Source of the DNA: Eledone cirrhosa
Taxonomy: Eukaryota
NCBI GenBank assembly: GCA_964016885.1
Contig: OZ024753.1
Coordinates: 9,982,001 to 10,046,000, forward strand
Reading direction: 5' to 3'
DNA length: 64,000 nt
Position numbers and translations under genes: made by a program. Under the pieces are notes generated by a model that searched no databases, was not told the DNA's origin, and worked only from the letters and a program-made list of their open reading frames with translations. Shown one piece after another: positions 13,273 through 25,854 of this stretch (position 1 is the stretch's first letter; every line of letters starts with the position of its first letter).

Positions 13273-14771
13273 ATTCTCTTAATTTATTGTGAACAGGTAA
13301 TGTAATTATGTATTAGTCACTAGCTACTATAGTTTCAATAACGTGAGGTGGAGTGGCTGATACAGCGAATGTCGCTGGCTATTCTCCCGAGATATACCAC
13401 CTAGACCGGACTGTCGTGTCTGCCGCTACCCCCCAACCTCTTCTCTTATTTTTACTATTCAATTTTTTTTCTTTTGTATTATTTTATATACTTTCATTTC
13501 CACGAATAAAATCGTTTACATTAAAATATAAATGCTCAACACTAATTGATCAATAACAAAACTAAATAAAATTAAAATAATTATAATAATAATAATCAAA
13601 GGGATTTAATAAATACCGACTAATTTAGAGTTGCCTCCCCTGTAAGACTACGATTTTAATTGGTATCAAATAATTGTTTCTGCTTTTGACACAAGGCCAG
13701 CAATTATCTCAGTGCATTACTGGTACTTTATTTTATCGACCCCGTAAGGATAAAAGGCAAAGTTAACTTCGGCGGGATTTGAACTCAGAATGGCAAGGGC
13801 AGTAACTCTTTGCTGCAAAGCATGGCGTCAAACCCTCTACCGATACTGGCAATCCACCATTTTGTATCAAATATTGCATACCATAACGACACGTTTAATG
13901 TAGTGACGAGTTCTATATATAGAGAGAAAAGAGCCGGGATGGTCACATATGTAACGCCTTTCATCATAGGTGTGCTCGATCAGAGTTGACTTGAGCTAAA
14001 CAACAATTTTAGTGGACACGAATTCTGTTAGAAATAGCAGTCAAAACGAAAGCACATATAAAGGCTAAACTAATACCGCAAGGAGTTTTGTCTAACGCTC
14101 TAATGATTCTGTCAAACCTGTGAATAATGATACTAGTAATGGTTTCGGATTTAAGCACAGGGCCAACAATTGAGAGGGGGGAGGGGGCGATTAAATCGAC
14201 CCAGTGCATTACTGGGACTTTATTTATCGACCCCGTAAGGGATGAAAGGCGAAGCTAACTACATCGAATGATATCTATGATGATAACGTTATAATCTAAT
14301 ACTTTAAATATTCTCTGTTCATCCACCTCTCCCCCACTCTATCTCTCAAACAATAATAATAATAATGGTCCCTTCATTAGCCAGGCAGGGCTTACATCAA
14401 GAGGACAATAAAGACGGTACAGGACAATATTAATAATTGTTTCTACTTTTGGCACAAAGCCAGCAATCATCCCATTGAATTACTGGTACTTTATTTTATC
14501 GACCCCGTAAGGATGAAAGGTAAAGTTAACCTCGATGGAATTTGAACTCAGACAGTAAAGGGACGTAACTCTGTGCTGGAAAACAAGGCGTCCGACTCTA
14601 CCAATATTGCCAATTCACTCCACTCTCTCTCTCTCTCTCTTTCGAGCAAATAATAATAATAATGGTTTATGATTTAGGCACAAAGCCAGCAATTTTGGGG
14701 TAGGAGGCGAGGGGGGAGTTGATTAATTCGACCCCAGTGTGAAACTGGTACTTTATTTTAGCGACCCCATA

Positions 14772-17700
14772 TTCATACATACATATATACAGACACATAC
14801 AGATTCATACATACATATATATATACAGACATACAGATTCCTACATACATACATATATACACAGACATACATATTCCTACATACATACATATATATACAC
14901 AGACATACAGATTCATACATACATACATATATATATACACAGACATACGGATTCATACATACATACATATATATACACAGACATACAGATTCCTACATAC
15001 ATACAGACACATACAGATTCCTACATACATACATATATATACACAGACATACAGATTCATACATACATACATACATATATGGTGGCTGCCAACTCGTTTT
15101 CGAGTACGGCCACTACTTTACATCCATGTAGGATAACCCCTACCGAAGCGCTGAACGAGTGTGACTTTTTAGTCCAGCCAGCGACTTGAAACCTCTGGTA
15201 CAAACACTACACCTGTGACAACTATTGACACATAGTGCTAGGCCCATGGTAGGACAATTATTGACACATAGTGCTGGGCCCATGTGAGGACAAGTGCAGA
15301 GAGATCTCCAGATATAAAGCAATGCCTGTGCCGTGAAGCTTTTATAGTGAGCAAAGGCACTGCACAAAGCCAGTCCCACTCTCTTAACCAAGATGCTATT
15401 TACCAAAAAGAAGAACAAGTCAACATCATTGGATACCATCAGGGTTGCAGGTGTTATATCAGAGTTTTCCTTCTCCTAGAATTCTGCCTTGACTAAGGCT
15501 AAAGGGGTCATCTCTCCCGGTGATTTTGGATGGCCATTGACTCTTAAGAGCTCCTTTGGCCTTTGACAGGTTTTGTTTTTAGTCCTGCAGGATGTCCAAA
15601 GTCACCCTCCTCACCAAGAAACCTTGGTGGGGTTGCCAGTTTAGTCGCCAACGACCCGACCATGAGACAGGTTGTACTGGGATACATACATATATATATA
15701 TACATACATACATATATATATATATACATACACACATACAGATTCATACATACATACACATATATATACACAGACATACAGATTCCTACATACATACATA
15801 TATATACACAGACATACAGATTCATACATACATACATATATATATACACAGACATACGGATTCATACATACATACATATATATACACAGACATACAGATT
15901 CCTACATACATACATATATATATATATATATACAGACACATACAGATTCCTACATACATACATATATATACACAGACATACAGATTCATACATACATACA
16001 TACATATATATATATACATACACACATACAGATTCATACATACATACACATATATATACACAGACATACAGATTCCTACATACATACATACATATATATA
16101 TACATACACACATACAGATTCATACATACATACACATATATATACACAGACATACAGATTCCTACATACATACATATATATACACAGACATACAGATTCC
16201 TACATACATATATATACACAGACATACAGATTCATACATACATACATATATATATACAGACACATACAGATTCATACATACATATATATATACACAGACA
16301 TACAGATTCATACATACATACATACATATATATATATACACAGACATACAGATTCATACATACATACATATATATATACAGACATACAGATTTACACAGA
16401 CATACATATATATACACAGACATACAGATTCATACATACATACATATATATACTCAGACATACAGATTCCTACATACATACATATATATATACAGACATA
16501 CAGATTTACACAGACATACATATATATACACAGACATACAGATTCATACATACATACATATATATACTCAGACATACAGATTCCTACATACATACATATA
16601 TATATACAGACATACAGATTTACACAGACATACATATATATACACAGACATACAGATTCATACATACATACATATATATACACAGACATACAGATTCATA
16701 CATACATACATATATATATATACACAGACATACAGATTCATACATACATACATATATATATACAGACATACAGATTCCTACATACATACATATATATATA
16801 TACACAGACATACAGATTCATACATACATACATATATATATACAGACACATACAGATTCATACATACATACATATATATATATACACAGACATACAGATT
16901 CATACATACATACATACATATATATACAGACATACAGATTCCTACATACATACATATATATATATACACAGACATACAGATTCATACATACATACATATA
17001 TATATACACAGACATACAGATTCCTACATACATACATACATATATATATATATACACATACAGATTCATACATACATACATATATATATACACAGACATA
17101 CAGATTCCTACATACATACATACATATATATACACAGACATACAGATTCCTACATACATACATATATATATATACACAGACATACAGATTCATACATACA
17201 TACATACATACATATATATACACAGACATACAGATTACTACATACATACATATATATACACAGTCATACAGATTCATACATACATATATATACACAGACA
17301 TACAGATTCATACATACATATATATACACAGACATACATATATATATACAGACATACAGATTCCTACATACATACATATATATATACACAGACATACAGA
17401 TTCCTACATACATACATATATATACACACAGACATACAGATTCATACATATATATATATACTCAGACATACAGATTCCTACATACATACATATATATACA
17501 CAGACATACAGATTCCTACATACATACATATATATATATACACAGACATACAGATTCATACATACATACATATATATATACAGACACATACAGATTCACA
17601 CATACATACATATATATATACAGACACATACAGATTCATACATACATACATATATATATATACAGACATACAGATTCATACATACATACATATATATATA

Positions 17701-17830
17701 TACACAGACATACAGATTCATACATACATACATATATATATACAGACATACAGATTCATACATACATACATATATATACACAGACATACCGATTCATACT
17801 TACATACATATATACAGACAAATACACATA
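14772..17830. repeat. Compound microsatellite-derived array (CAGACATACAGATTC-(ATAC)n-(AT)n), interrupted at 15081-15681
   Basis: Direct inspection; source of the 745-766 aa H/T/Y/I-rich spurious ORFs. Confidence 0.95.
15081..15681 (-). mobile_element. Internally deleted RTE-like element (5' region joined to C-terminal C2H2-like knuckle)
   Basis: Minus ORF ends CSVCTRGFKSLAGLKSHTRS. GC-richer non-coding 5' part. Confidence 0.55.
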
Positions 17831-18468
17831 TATGCACATACATATAGACACACACACACATAGACATAGACATACACACATGCATCCAAAGACATCTCTA
17901 ATGATATAATCAATACATTTCCCCACCTCATTATGACAGCATGTTTACATTTTTCATTTATGTCAGCACACTTCAGTATTTAGTCATTTGACATATATAT
18001 TGTTTATTTGATAGCCAGATACATCATCATCATCATCGTTTAACTAATGCTAGGTGAGGTGACCATAGCTTGTTCATACAGAACTGATTTTGGCTTGGTC
18101 TCTACAGCTGGATGCCCTTCCTAATGGCAACTTCATTTACAGTGAGTACAGTATGCTTTTTGTCGTGATGTCTATGAATGATGAATGGTGGGGGAAGAAG
18201 TACCTGGTGATGTCAGTAGAAGGAAGCTAAATTAGGGAAAGATCAAGGAAAACATGGGCAGGGGCAGTTAGGGATGTTTCTTTTTTTTTTTTTTTTTTTA
18301 CCTTACTCCGATGTTCCAACCTTTGCTTCCTCTCTGTAAACTCTCTATTTTCTGAAGCAGGACTTGTGTCCGACACATTGAAACTCTTCTACTTCTTCCT
18401 AAGCGTGAAACTAGTAAGACTTTGTATTTTTGCATCTCTGTGTTTGTCTTGTCTAGTCTTGAACTATT

Positions 18469-18538
<70 letters not shown>

Positions 18539-18611
18539 AAATCAACCTCACAAATGCAAGGTGATTGAAAGGTATGTCGTATCTATTTATTTATAAGACT
18601 GTTTATATTGT

Positions 18612-18675
18612 ATTTTGTCTGAAGATGGCATAACATATTGTTAATATGATATCCCTGAAATATATATAACGAAAT
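18612..18675 (+). ncRNA. Minimal type I hammerhead ribozyme
   Basis: ATTTTGT-CTGAAGA-(imperfect stem II)-GAAA-TATATA-TA-ACGAAAT. Confidence 0.75.
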
Positions 18676-18806
18676 AAATATGGTTTTATAAATATAGTTT
18701 CCATTTATTTAATATCATAAATATACTCCAAATACTTGTTGAGTGCTTTTATATCAGTTATAAATATTTACTCGTTGTTAACCCAACAATTTAAATATAA
18801 CTTTCC

Positions 18807-18869
<63 letters not shown>

Positions 18870-18910
18870 GATATTAAACAAATGGAAACTATATTTATAA
18901 AACCATATTT

Positions 18911-18974
18911 ATTTCGTTATATATATTTCTGGGATATCATATTAAAAATATGGTATGCCTTCCTCAGACAAAAT
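18911..18974 (-). ncRNA. Minimal type I hammerhead ribozyme, convergent with 18612-18675
   Basis: ATTTTGT-CTGAGGA-AGGCATACCATATT..AATATGATATCCCA-GAAA-TATATA-TA-ACGAAAT. Confidence 0.75.
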
Positions 18975-19047
18975 ACAATACATAAGCTGTTTTATAAATA
19001 ATTTATTTGTAACCCAACAATCTTAAATAAAACTTTTGCATATATAT

Positions 19048-19445
19048 ATCATCATTGTTTAACGTCTATCTTCCACGCTAGCATGGGTTTAGACGGGATT
19101 TGTCCTACTTGAGGCAAGATTGGTCCGGTGACCATGTCACGCTCGTATAGGACTGTCTGTCTGGCAGGTTTTCAGCGGCTGGATGCCCTTCCTAACAGCA
19201 ACCACGTTTACAGTGTGGGCTGGGAGGTTTTTACCGTGTTACCTACACGGCCACATTACAGCGTGGACTGTGTGTTTTTTTTGTTGTGACACACCTACAC
19301 GATCTCATTTATTTTGGACTGGATGTTGTGGCACCAACATAACTTTACAGAGAGAGGGTGGTGCTGGTGGGTGTGGGGGGGTGCGGTGGAGTAGGGGTAG
19401 AGGGATGGGGTATATATTTGGTTAAGAGGTGCCTACTGACTGTAG
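19048..19445 (-). mobile_element. 5'-truncated RTE 3'UTR copy
   Basis: Collinear with 34929-35300, including the end-of-ORF sequence ...GCCTACTG. Confidence 0.8.
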
Positions 19446-19684
19446 GTTTCGCTTTGTACATGTATGTATATTTATATACACACCTAGGGACGATTCTTCC
19501 TCTATATCTCTTTCCCTTTTCCTCTCTCTCATGTTCTACCTTTCTCTATAAGAAATCTGCTGTACTCAAGCCTGGAGAGAGATGGGCTCCGCCAGGCTTA
19601 AAGTGCCCAAGAAATGCCGTATATCAATATGGCGCCCCTACGACACTATCAGGAGTTACGGGACAATACCATACCATATATACA

Positions 19685-19933
19685 CAGAGGAGACTGAGGT
19701 TAGCTGGACATGCTCACCGACATCCAGAGTTGACATTGCACTCAGTGCTCCTTTGGGAGCCCCTACATGGACACACTAGAAGAGGAAGACCAAGGTTAAC
19801 GTATGTTGATGCCCTAAGGACAGACACTGGTCTGTTGGAGACGCAGGACATGGCAGCGATAATGAGGGACAGAGACCGCTGGAGAGAACTCGACCATGGA
19901 TCTCAGGAATTTTACCCGCCTTAGATAGATAGA
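19685..19933 (+). mobile_element. RTE-like LINE 3' end (second lineage, (TAGA)n tail)
   Basis: RRLRLAGHAHRHPE...WEPLHGHTRRGRPRLTYVDALRTDTG. A related copy lies at about 53965-54430. Confidence 0.75.
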
Positions 19934-20359
19934 TATACACATATATGCATTGATAGATCGATACATGTATCATCATCATCGTCGTTTAATGTCCATGTAA
20001 ATGAGGTTGGTGATAGGTAGGGCATCCAGTTGTAGAAATGAAGCCAGGAATAGTTCTATACGAGCGAGACACGGTTACCCGACCAATCTTGCCTCAAGTG
20101 GGACAATCCCATCTAACCCATGCTAGCGTGGAAGGTGGACATTAAACATAAAAAAGGGGGGGGGGGGGGGGAAATAACTATGGATTTTTTTTCCGGGCCC
20201 CCTTTAAAATATGTAGTGACCCATACCATTCACTGAAATCATACTAAAAAATTTTCCCGAGGGCCGGAACACCCCTGTTCATACCCCCTGAAGTTGAGGA
20301 TGGTCGAAAAGAAGGAAAAGTCCGCTATTATTGCACCTATACTCGATGCACCTATAAAC

Positions 20360-20396
<37 letters not shown>

Positions 20397-20524
20397 GTAG
20401 ATATATATGTTGGGGACTGAAATAATAAGTCTTGTTATACATACGAGTGGATTATGTACAGCAAGAATCATTATTTCTGCAAAATGTTTGAATACCTTTA
20501 AATAAATACTTTTAGAAGATTAAT

Positions 20525-20930
20525 TAAACATACTAGCAGAAAAACCACACTTCGGATGGTTTTCTGCTAGCATGTGTAGTGTGTATATTGATATTATACG
20601 CAAGTATATATATGCATGTAGATATGATACATCAAATAAAATCGTAATTGACAATATACACAGAAATTGAAGAGAGACTGTGTTACACTGTCTTATGTAA
20701 TCAGTAACGTAATCCATGATACATTAAAAAAATGATATTATATATAAACTGCATAAGGAGAAAATTAGTGACAGAAATATATGAATATTTATTTAAACGA
20801 TCGCTAACCGGAAGTGTTGACATTTGAAAATTTTAAAGAAGTAAATCTTTAAATAAGTAATAAAATATATTTAATCAAAAGCCACAAAATTTAGTAGATA
20901 AATTATGTAATATTCATTCATTATTTATTC
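20525..20930. repeat. Unclassified interspersed repeat, also at ~50580-51040 and ~55535-55780
   Basis: Shared text GGTTTTCTGCTAGCATGTGTAGTGTG...AAATCGTAATTGACAAT. Confidence 0.75.
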
Positions 20931-20935
20931 AAAGT

Positions 20936-21372
20936 ATTACCACTACCACAAACATCACCAACACTACTACTACTATCACCACTACCACTACCACCACCAC
21001 CACTAATACTACCACTACCACCACCACCACAACCACTGCCACCAACACCACTACTACCACCATCCCCACCACTAATACCACCACCAACACTACTACTACT
21101 ACTACCAGCAACGCTACTACTACTACCACCACCACCACTACTACCACAACGATCACCACCACAACCACTGCCACCAACACCACTACTACCACCATCCCCA
21201 CCACTAATACCACCACCAACACTACTACTACTACTACTACCACCACTACTACCACAACGATCACCACCACAACCACTGCCACCAACACCACTACTACCAC
21301 CACCAACGCTAGTAATACAACCACCACCACTACCACAACGATCACCACCACTACTGCTACCACTACCACCAC
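20936..21372. repeat. (ACC/ACT)n trinucleotide low-complexity tract with internal duplication
   Basis: Direct inspection. Confidence 0.9.
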
Positions 21373-21420
21373 ATTTTATTGTGTGATAAAAACCCACCCA
21401 GAGACCATTTTTTACATTTA

Positions 21421-21668
21421 GTCATTGTTGTAGTTGGTGTTGTAGTATATATGAACAACAACAATAAGTAGTCTCGACATTTGTAGTTGTTGTAGTTGGT
21501 GTTGTAGTATATATGAACGACAACAATAAGTAGTCTCGACATTTGTAGTTGTTGTAGTTGGTGTTGTAGTATATATGAACAACAACAATAAGTAGTCTCG
21601 GCATTTGTAGTTGTTGTAGTTGGTGTTGTAGTATATATGAACAACAACAATAAGTAGTCTCGACATTT
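21421..21668. repeat. 62-bp tandem repeat, 4 copies
   Basis: Unit ...GTAGTTGGTGTTGTAGTATATATGAACAACAACAATAAGTAGTCTCGACATTT. Confidence 0.9.
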
Positions 21669-22661
21669 GGAAAGTTAGTAACAGACTCCTTAGTGAATAA
21701 TTGTTTCTACTTTTGGCACAAGGCCAGCAATCACCCCAGTGTATTACTGGTACTTTATTTTATCGACCCCGTAAGGATTAAAGGCAAAGTTAACCTCGGG
21801 GAATAATAATAATTGTTTCTACTTTTGGCACAAGGCCAGCAATTACCCGAGTACATTACTGGTACTTTATTTCATTAACCCCGTAAGGATGAAAGGCAAA
21901 GCGAACCTCGGTTGGATTTGAATTCAGAACGTAAAGGGCCATAACTCTATGCTACAAAGCATGGCGTCTGATGTTCTACAGATATTGCCAATCCATCGCT
22001 TCTTAGTAAATAATTATTTCTACTATATGCACAAGGCTAGTAATTTGAGGAGAGGGGGAAATTCGATTAAATTGACCCCAGTGCATTCCTGGTACTTTAT
22101 TTTATCAACCCCAGTAAATAATTGTTTCTACCTTTGGCACAAGGCCAGCAATTACCCAATGTATTACTGGTACTTTATTTTATCGACCCCCCGTAAGGAT
22201 GAAAGGCAAAGTTAACCTCGGCGGGATTTGAACTCAGACTTAGTTGGAACAACACACAAACTACGACGACAACAACACTGACAACAAGAACAGTGACAAG
22301 AACAACAACAGTGAAACAATGCAGCAACAGCTGTGACCAATAGCCTGGGAAGTAAAACAACCATGAATGTCAACAAAATATATACATGTTACACACATAT
22401 ATATATATATATATAAATATAAATTATGAATTATTTATCAGAGTTGTACAACATTTGTTAGTAGATTATTGATTAGTTAAAAAAACAATTCCAAAAACTA
22501 ATTAAAAAAAACATGTCATTGACAACTTGGTTAATTAGTAACAAGTAATTAATGGTGAATTGGTAGAAGCCTTTGTGGCATTCATTCCAACTATCTGCCC
22601 CCTCAGTTCAAATTCCTGACAAGGTTAACGTTACCTTTCATCCATTCAAGATCGATAAAAA

Positions 22662-23322
22662 AAGTACCAGTCATGAGCTGGGGTCAATACTTCCACTATA
22701 TCTCTTTCTCACACCCAGTATCCTTCTCTGGAAGAAATCTACAGTATTCAGAGCTGGAGAGGTCTATTAATATGAAGTACCAGTCATGAACTGGGGTCAA
22801 TACTTCCACTATATCTCTTTCTCACACTCACTATCCTTCCCTGGAAGAAATCTGCAGTATTCAGACCTGGAGAGGTCTATTAATATGAAGTACCAGTCAT
22901 GAACTGGGGTCAATACTTCCACTATATCTCTTTCTCACACTCACTATCCTTCCCTGGAAGAAATCTGCAGTATTCAGACCTGGAGAGGTCTATTAATATG
23001 AAGTACCAGTCATGAACTGGGGTCAATACTTGCACTATATCTCTTTCTCACACTCAGTATCCATCCCTGGAAGAAATCTGCAGTATTCAGACCTGGAGAG
23101 GTCTATTAATGTGAAGTACCAGTCATGAACTGGGGTCAATACTTCCTCTATATCTCTTTCTCACACTCACTATCCTTCCCTGGAAGAAATCTGCAGTATT
23201 CAGAGCTGGAGAGGTCTATTAATGTGAAGTACCAGTCATGAACTGGGGTCAATTCTTCCACTATATCTCTTTCTCACACTCACTATCCATCCCTGGAAGA
23301 AATCTGCTGTATTCAGAGCTGG
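22662..23322. repeat. 113-bp tandem repeat, about 6 copies, seeded at the end of a SINE fragment
   Basis: Period measured 22775 to 22888. The unit begins AAGTACCAGTCATGAACTGGGGTCAAT, which continues the SINE body at 22550-22690. Confidence 0.9.
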
Positions 23323-23707
23323 GCTCCCCCAGGTTTTAAAAATATGTCATAGAAACGCTGTATGTCAATATGGCTCCTTTACACCCCCCCCCTCCCCATG
23401 TCAATATGGCTCCTTTACACCCCCCCCCCCTCCCCCCACTGGATGTCACTGAATGTATATTAACAGAGCTACGTGAAGTTGTGGGAATGTGTATATTTGT
23501 TTGCATGCATGCAATATATAGCTTTGAAAAAAGAGCTGAGATGGGGGGGTGGTGAGAGGAGGGGTGGGGTGCAGAAAAAAAAACAATGGCAAAAACAACA
23601 GAAAAGCAGACAGTCTTATCTCAATCAACCCCCTTACTACAGTTTCGGTGCATTAAGGCTGACACCATTAATTCCAGTGCACATTGAGATGTAATCATCA
23701 TCAATTC

Positions 23708-24040
23708 ATCATCATTTTACGTCCGCTTTTCCCTGCTTGCAAGGGTGGGACGGGAACTGATGCTGGCTTGATTTCTACAGCTGGATGCCCTTCCTAACAC
23801 CAACCTCATTTACAGTGAGTGCTGGGTGCTTTTTTTGCCGTGGCACCTACACGACCACTTTGCAGTGGAATGATATGGACCCCAGTCCCTATCATCTCAT
23901 TTCTACAGCTGAGTAAACTGGAGCAATGTGAAATAAAGTGTCTTGCTCAAGGAAACAACACATCACCCGGTCTGAGAATTGAACTCACAACCTTTTGATT
24001 GCAAGCCCAATGCTCTAACCACTAAGCCATGTGCCTCCAT
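23708..24040 (-). mobile_element. tRNA-derived SINE family 2 with RTE-type 3' tail
   Basis: Head GGAGGCACATGGCTTAGTGGTTAGAGC...GAGTTCAATTC; tail CCCACCCTTGCAAGCAGGGAAAAGCGGACGTAAAATGATGATG. Confidence 0.85.
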
Positions 24041-24156
24041 GTAACAAAACATATATCATTATCACTGTTTTATCTCCATTCTTCCACGCTAGCATGGGTT
24101 AGACAGGTTGTCTTGTTGTGGGCAGTGCCAGGTCAGGTGACCATGTCTTGCTCATA

Positions 24157-24195
<39 letters not shown>

Positions 24196-24199
24196 AAAA

Positions 24200-24590
24200 G
24201 GGTGTGGTAAGATACCAGGTGGACCATAACGCACCAGAGTACTCGAAACTAGGGGTAATAGAGTGGGTAATATGAAAAATTTCAGGAGCCCAACGGCTGA
24301 GCTTTGTCAGTTTCGACAGCTAGATCCGAACTGTTCGGATCTAGCTATCGAAACGGCCGGAGTTCAGCCATCGGGGTCCTGAATATTTTCATATATATAT
24401 ATGAAAATGTATGACCCCGACGGCAGAGCTCAACCCGTTTCAACGGCTATTCAGAAATAGGCGTAGGAACAGCTTGAGCTCTGCCGTCGGGGTCATACAT
24501 TTTTCTATTACCCACTCTACTACCTTAAGTATTGAGTACTCTGGTGCGTTATGGTCCATCTGGTTCCTTACCACACCTCCTTTGTTATAT
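24200..24590. mobile_element. Two adjacent fold-back family B elements in opposite orientation
   Basis: Each has an internal hairpin. The ...CTTACCACAC tails point outward, with a short (TA)n between them. Confidence 0.7.
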
Positions 24591-24792
24591 ATATATATAT
24601 ATATAAAGACCACCAACAAATCTTTTTTGTTTAAGTATAAGCCATGTTCAACATCCTTGTTAGCATGTACCAGAAGCATTCTATTGTAACACTAACAATG
24701 CCACTTTACAGAGTTGACCAGGTGCATTTTGTTGTGCCATCACCAATACCACTTTACAGAGTGTACTGGGTGCCTTTTATTGTGCTTTAACT

Positions 24793-24948
24793 CAGGCATG
24801 TGAAACATACAGCCCTTTACAAGCACACCTGCGGCCCACACAAAGGTTTTTACAGCATGAGCATGTTTTAATTTCGTAAAATTAGTTGTAATGTGTGCAA
24901 TTGGTTGTTGTGTGTGGATCTCAGGGGACCCTCAGTTTGATATGTCTG
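24793..24948. mobile_element. hAT-type MITE
   Basis: TIRs CAGGCATGTGAAAC / GTTTGATATGTCTG; perfect 8-bp TSD CTTTAACT. Confidence 0.8.
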
Positions 24949-25854
24949 CTTTAACTGAATAATAGAATTTTAGCAGGACTTGACAATGGCTTTTCATTAT
25001 CAGTGGTGGTGGTCCATCCTATTGACTTTTAACCAGGAAATATAGCAGCTACTGTTCACCACAGATAAGTAAAATAAAATGTCTTATGTAGAAAGATCCC
25101 CCCACCAAGCTTGACAAACTGTGCTAATATCAAGGATTATTAAGATCCTGGTAGATTTAATTTAATTAATTAATATTAAGGATTATTGCAATCCTGATAG
25201 ATTTAATTGGTGGTAAAATAAACTCTCAAGAGAACTGGACAGTAAAAGGTTCTCAGAGAAGGAACTCCACCTGAAGCAAGTGCTTTGGACCTTAATTTAA
25301 TTAGCTAATATTAAGAATGATTGCGATCCTGGTAGATTTAATATAGTTAGCTAATTATCATGGTGGGTAGTTAAATCTCAAATGGACACATTCAATGCAA
25401 GTTATCCTATGTTTTCAATATTGATGAAATATTAATTAGATAACATATAGATAGTATACACTAACAACTAATTAATGACGTTACATTCATCATCAAGGAG
25501 TTTTCATATTTATTTCCTTTCATCTTTGTTTTGGTTTTTGATATTTTTCATTTATTCATGTTAGGAATATAGAATGCGTTAGACTTTGATCTTTTGTATT
25601 ACCATTTATTGTCGGGTTTTGATATTACAGCTGATTCTAAAGATATTGAGTTCATCATCATCATTGTTTTACGTCCATTTTTTTTCACGCTAGCATGGAT
25701 TAGATGAGTTGCTCTGTTGTGAGCAATGTTAAGTCAGGTGACCATGTCTTGCTCACACAACTGATTTTGGCTTGGTTGCTTCAGCTGGATGCCCTTCCTA
25801 ATGCCAACCTCATTTACAGTGAATACTGGGCACTTTTTGTCATGACACTCCACA

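Noticed and set aside
15563-17909. Three 745-766 aa ORFs
   Set aside because: Translations of a compound microsatellite that lacks stop codons by composition.
20921-21397. Gly/Ser-rich ORF resembling a structural protein
   Set aside because: Trinucleotide low-complexity tract with no splice or signal-peptide support.
23618-23691. Hairpin closed by ATCTCAAT/ATTGAGAT
   Set aside because: Interior pairing is too irregular for a pre-miRNA, and no SECIS or IRE consensus is present.
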